This document shows, piece by piece, positions 37,789 to 37,882 of a stretch of 37,882 nucleotides of DNA (position 1 is its first letter; each line of letters begins with the position of its first letter). Origin of the DNA: Sedimentisphaerales bacterium (GTDB lineage Bacteria > Planctomycetota > Phycisphaerae > Sedimentisphaerales > SM23-30); NCBI GenBank assembly GCA_963663805.2, contig CAXXMR010000024.1, positions 1 through 37,882 of the forward strand, written 5' to 3'. The notes under the pieces are model-generated. The model was not told where the DNA came from, did not search any database, and saw only the letters and a program-made list of their open reading frames with translations. The position numbers and the translations under genes are program-made.

Positions 37789-37882
37789 CCACCGTAGACG
37801 ATTGAGAGGGTCTTTACGGACCTGAGAGAGATCGAGTAAATCGGCTGAGGCAGGAGAGAGAGGCTCCTTCCTAAAGCTTCGA

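Overview
Bacterial chromosomal segment, probably from a Planctomycetota (Phycisphaerae-like) genome; this is inferred from the short PheT, HYExAFE protein, futalosine genes and minor pilin cluster. Housekeeping genes are trpS (partial), pheT, valS, hisS, purN, mqnA, mqnC, scpB and a 5-formyl-THF cyclo-ligase. Also present are a probable 6S RNA after pheT, four prepilin-like genes, an EcoRV-like restriction-modification pair, an orphan DpnI-like nuclease and a kinase-glycosyltransferase-AsnB-B12 radical SAM operon. The main finding is a complete IS110-family (IS1111-type) element at about 17203-18798. Its non-coding right end folds into a ~170-nt RNA whose two internal loops match the element's own reconstructed target site and circle junction, so a bridge RNA can be read directly from the sequence. 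Several unannotated intergenic repeat families are present. The orientation of one ~290-bp repeat appears to track the local G/T strand skew. Genes at about 1.5-7.7 kb carry about 11 single-base insertions, mostly in homopolymers, which are probably sequencing errors. All alignments and folds were done by eye.
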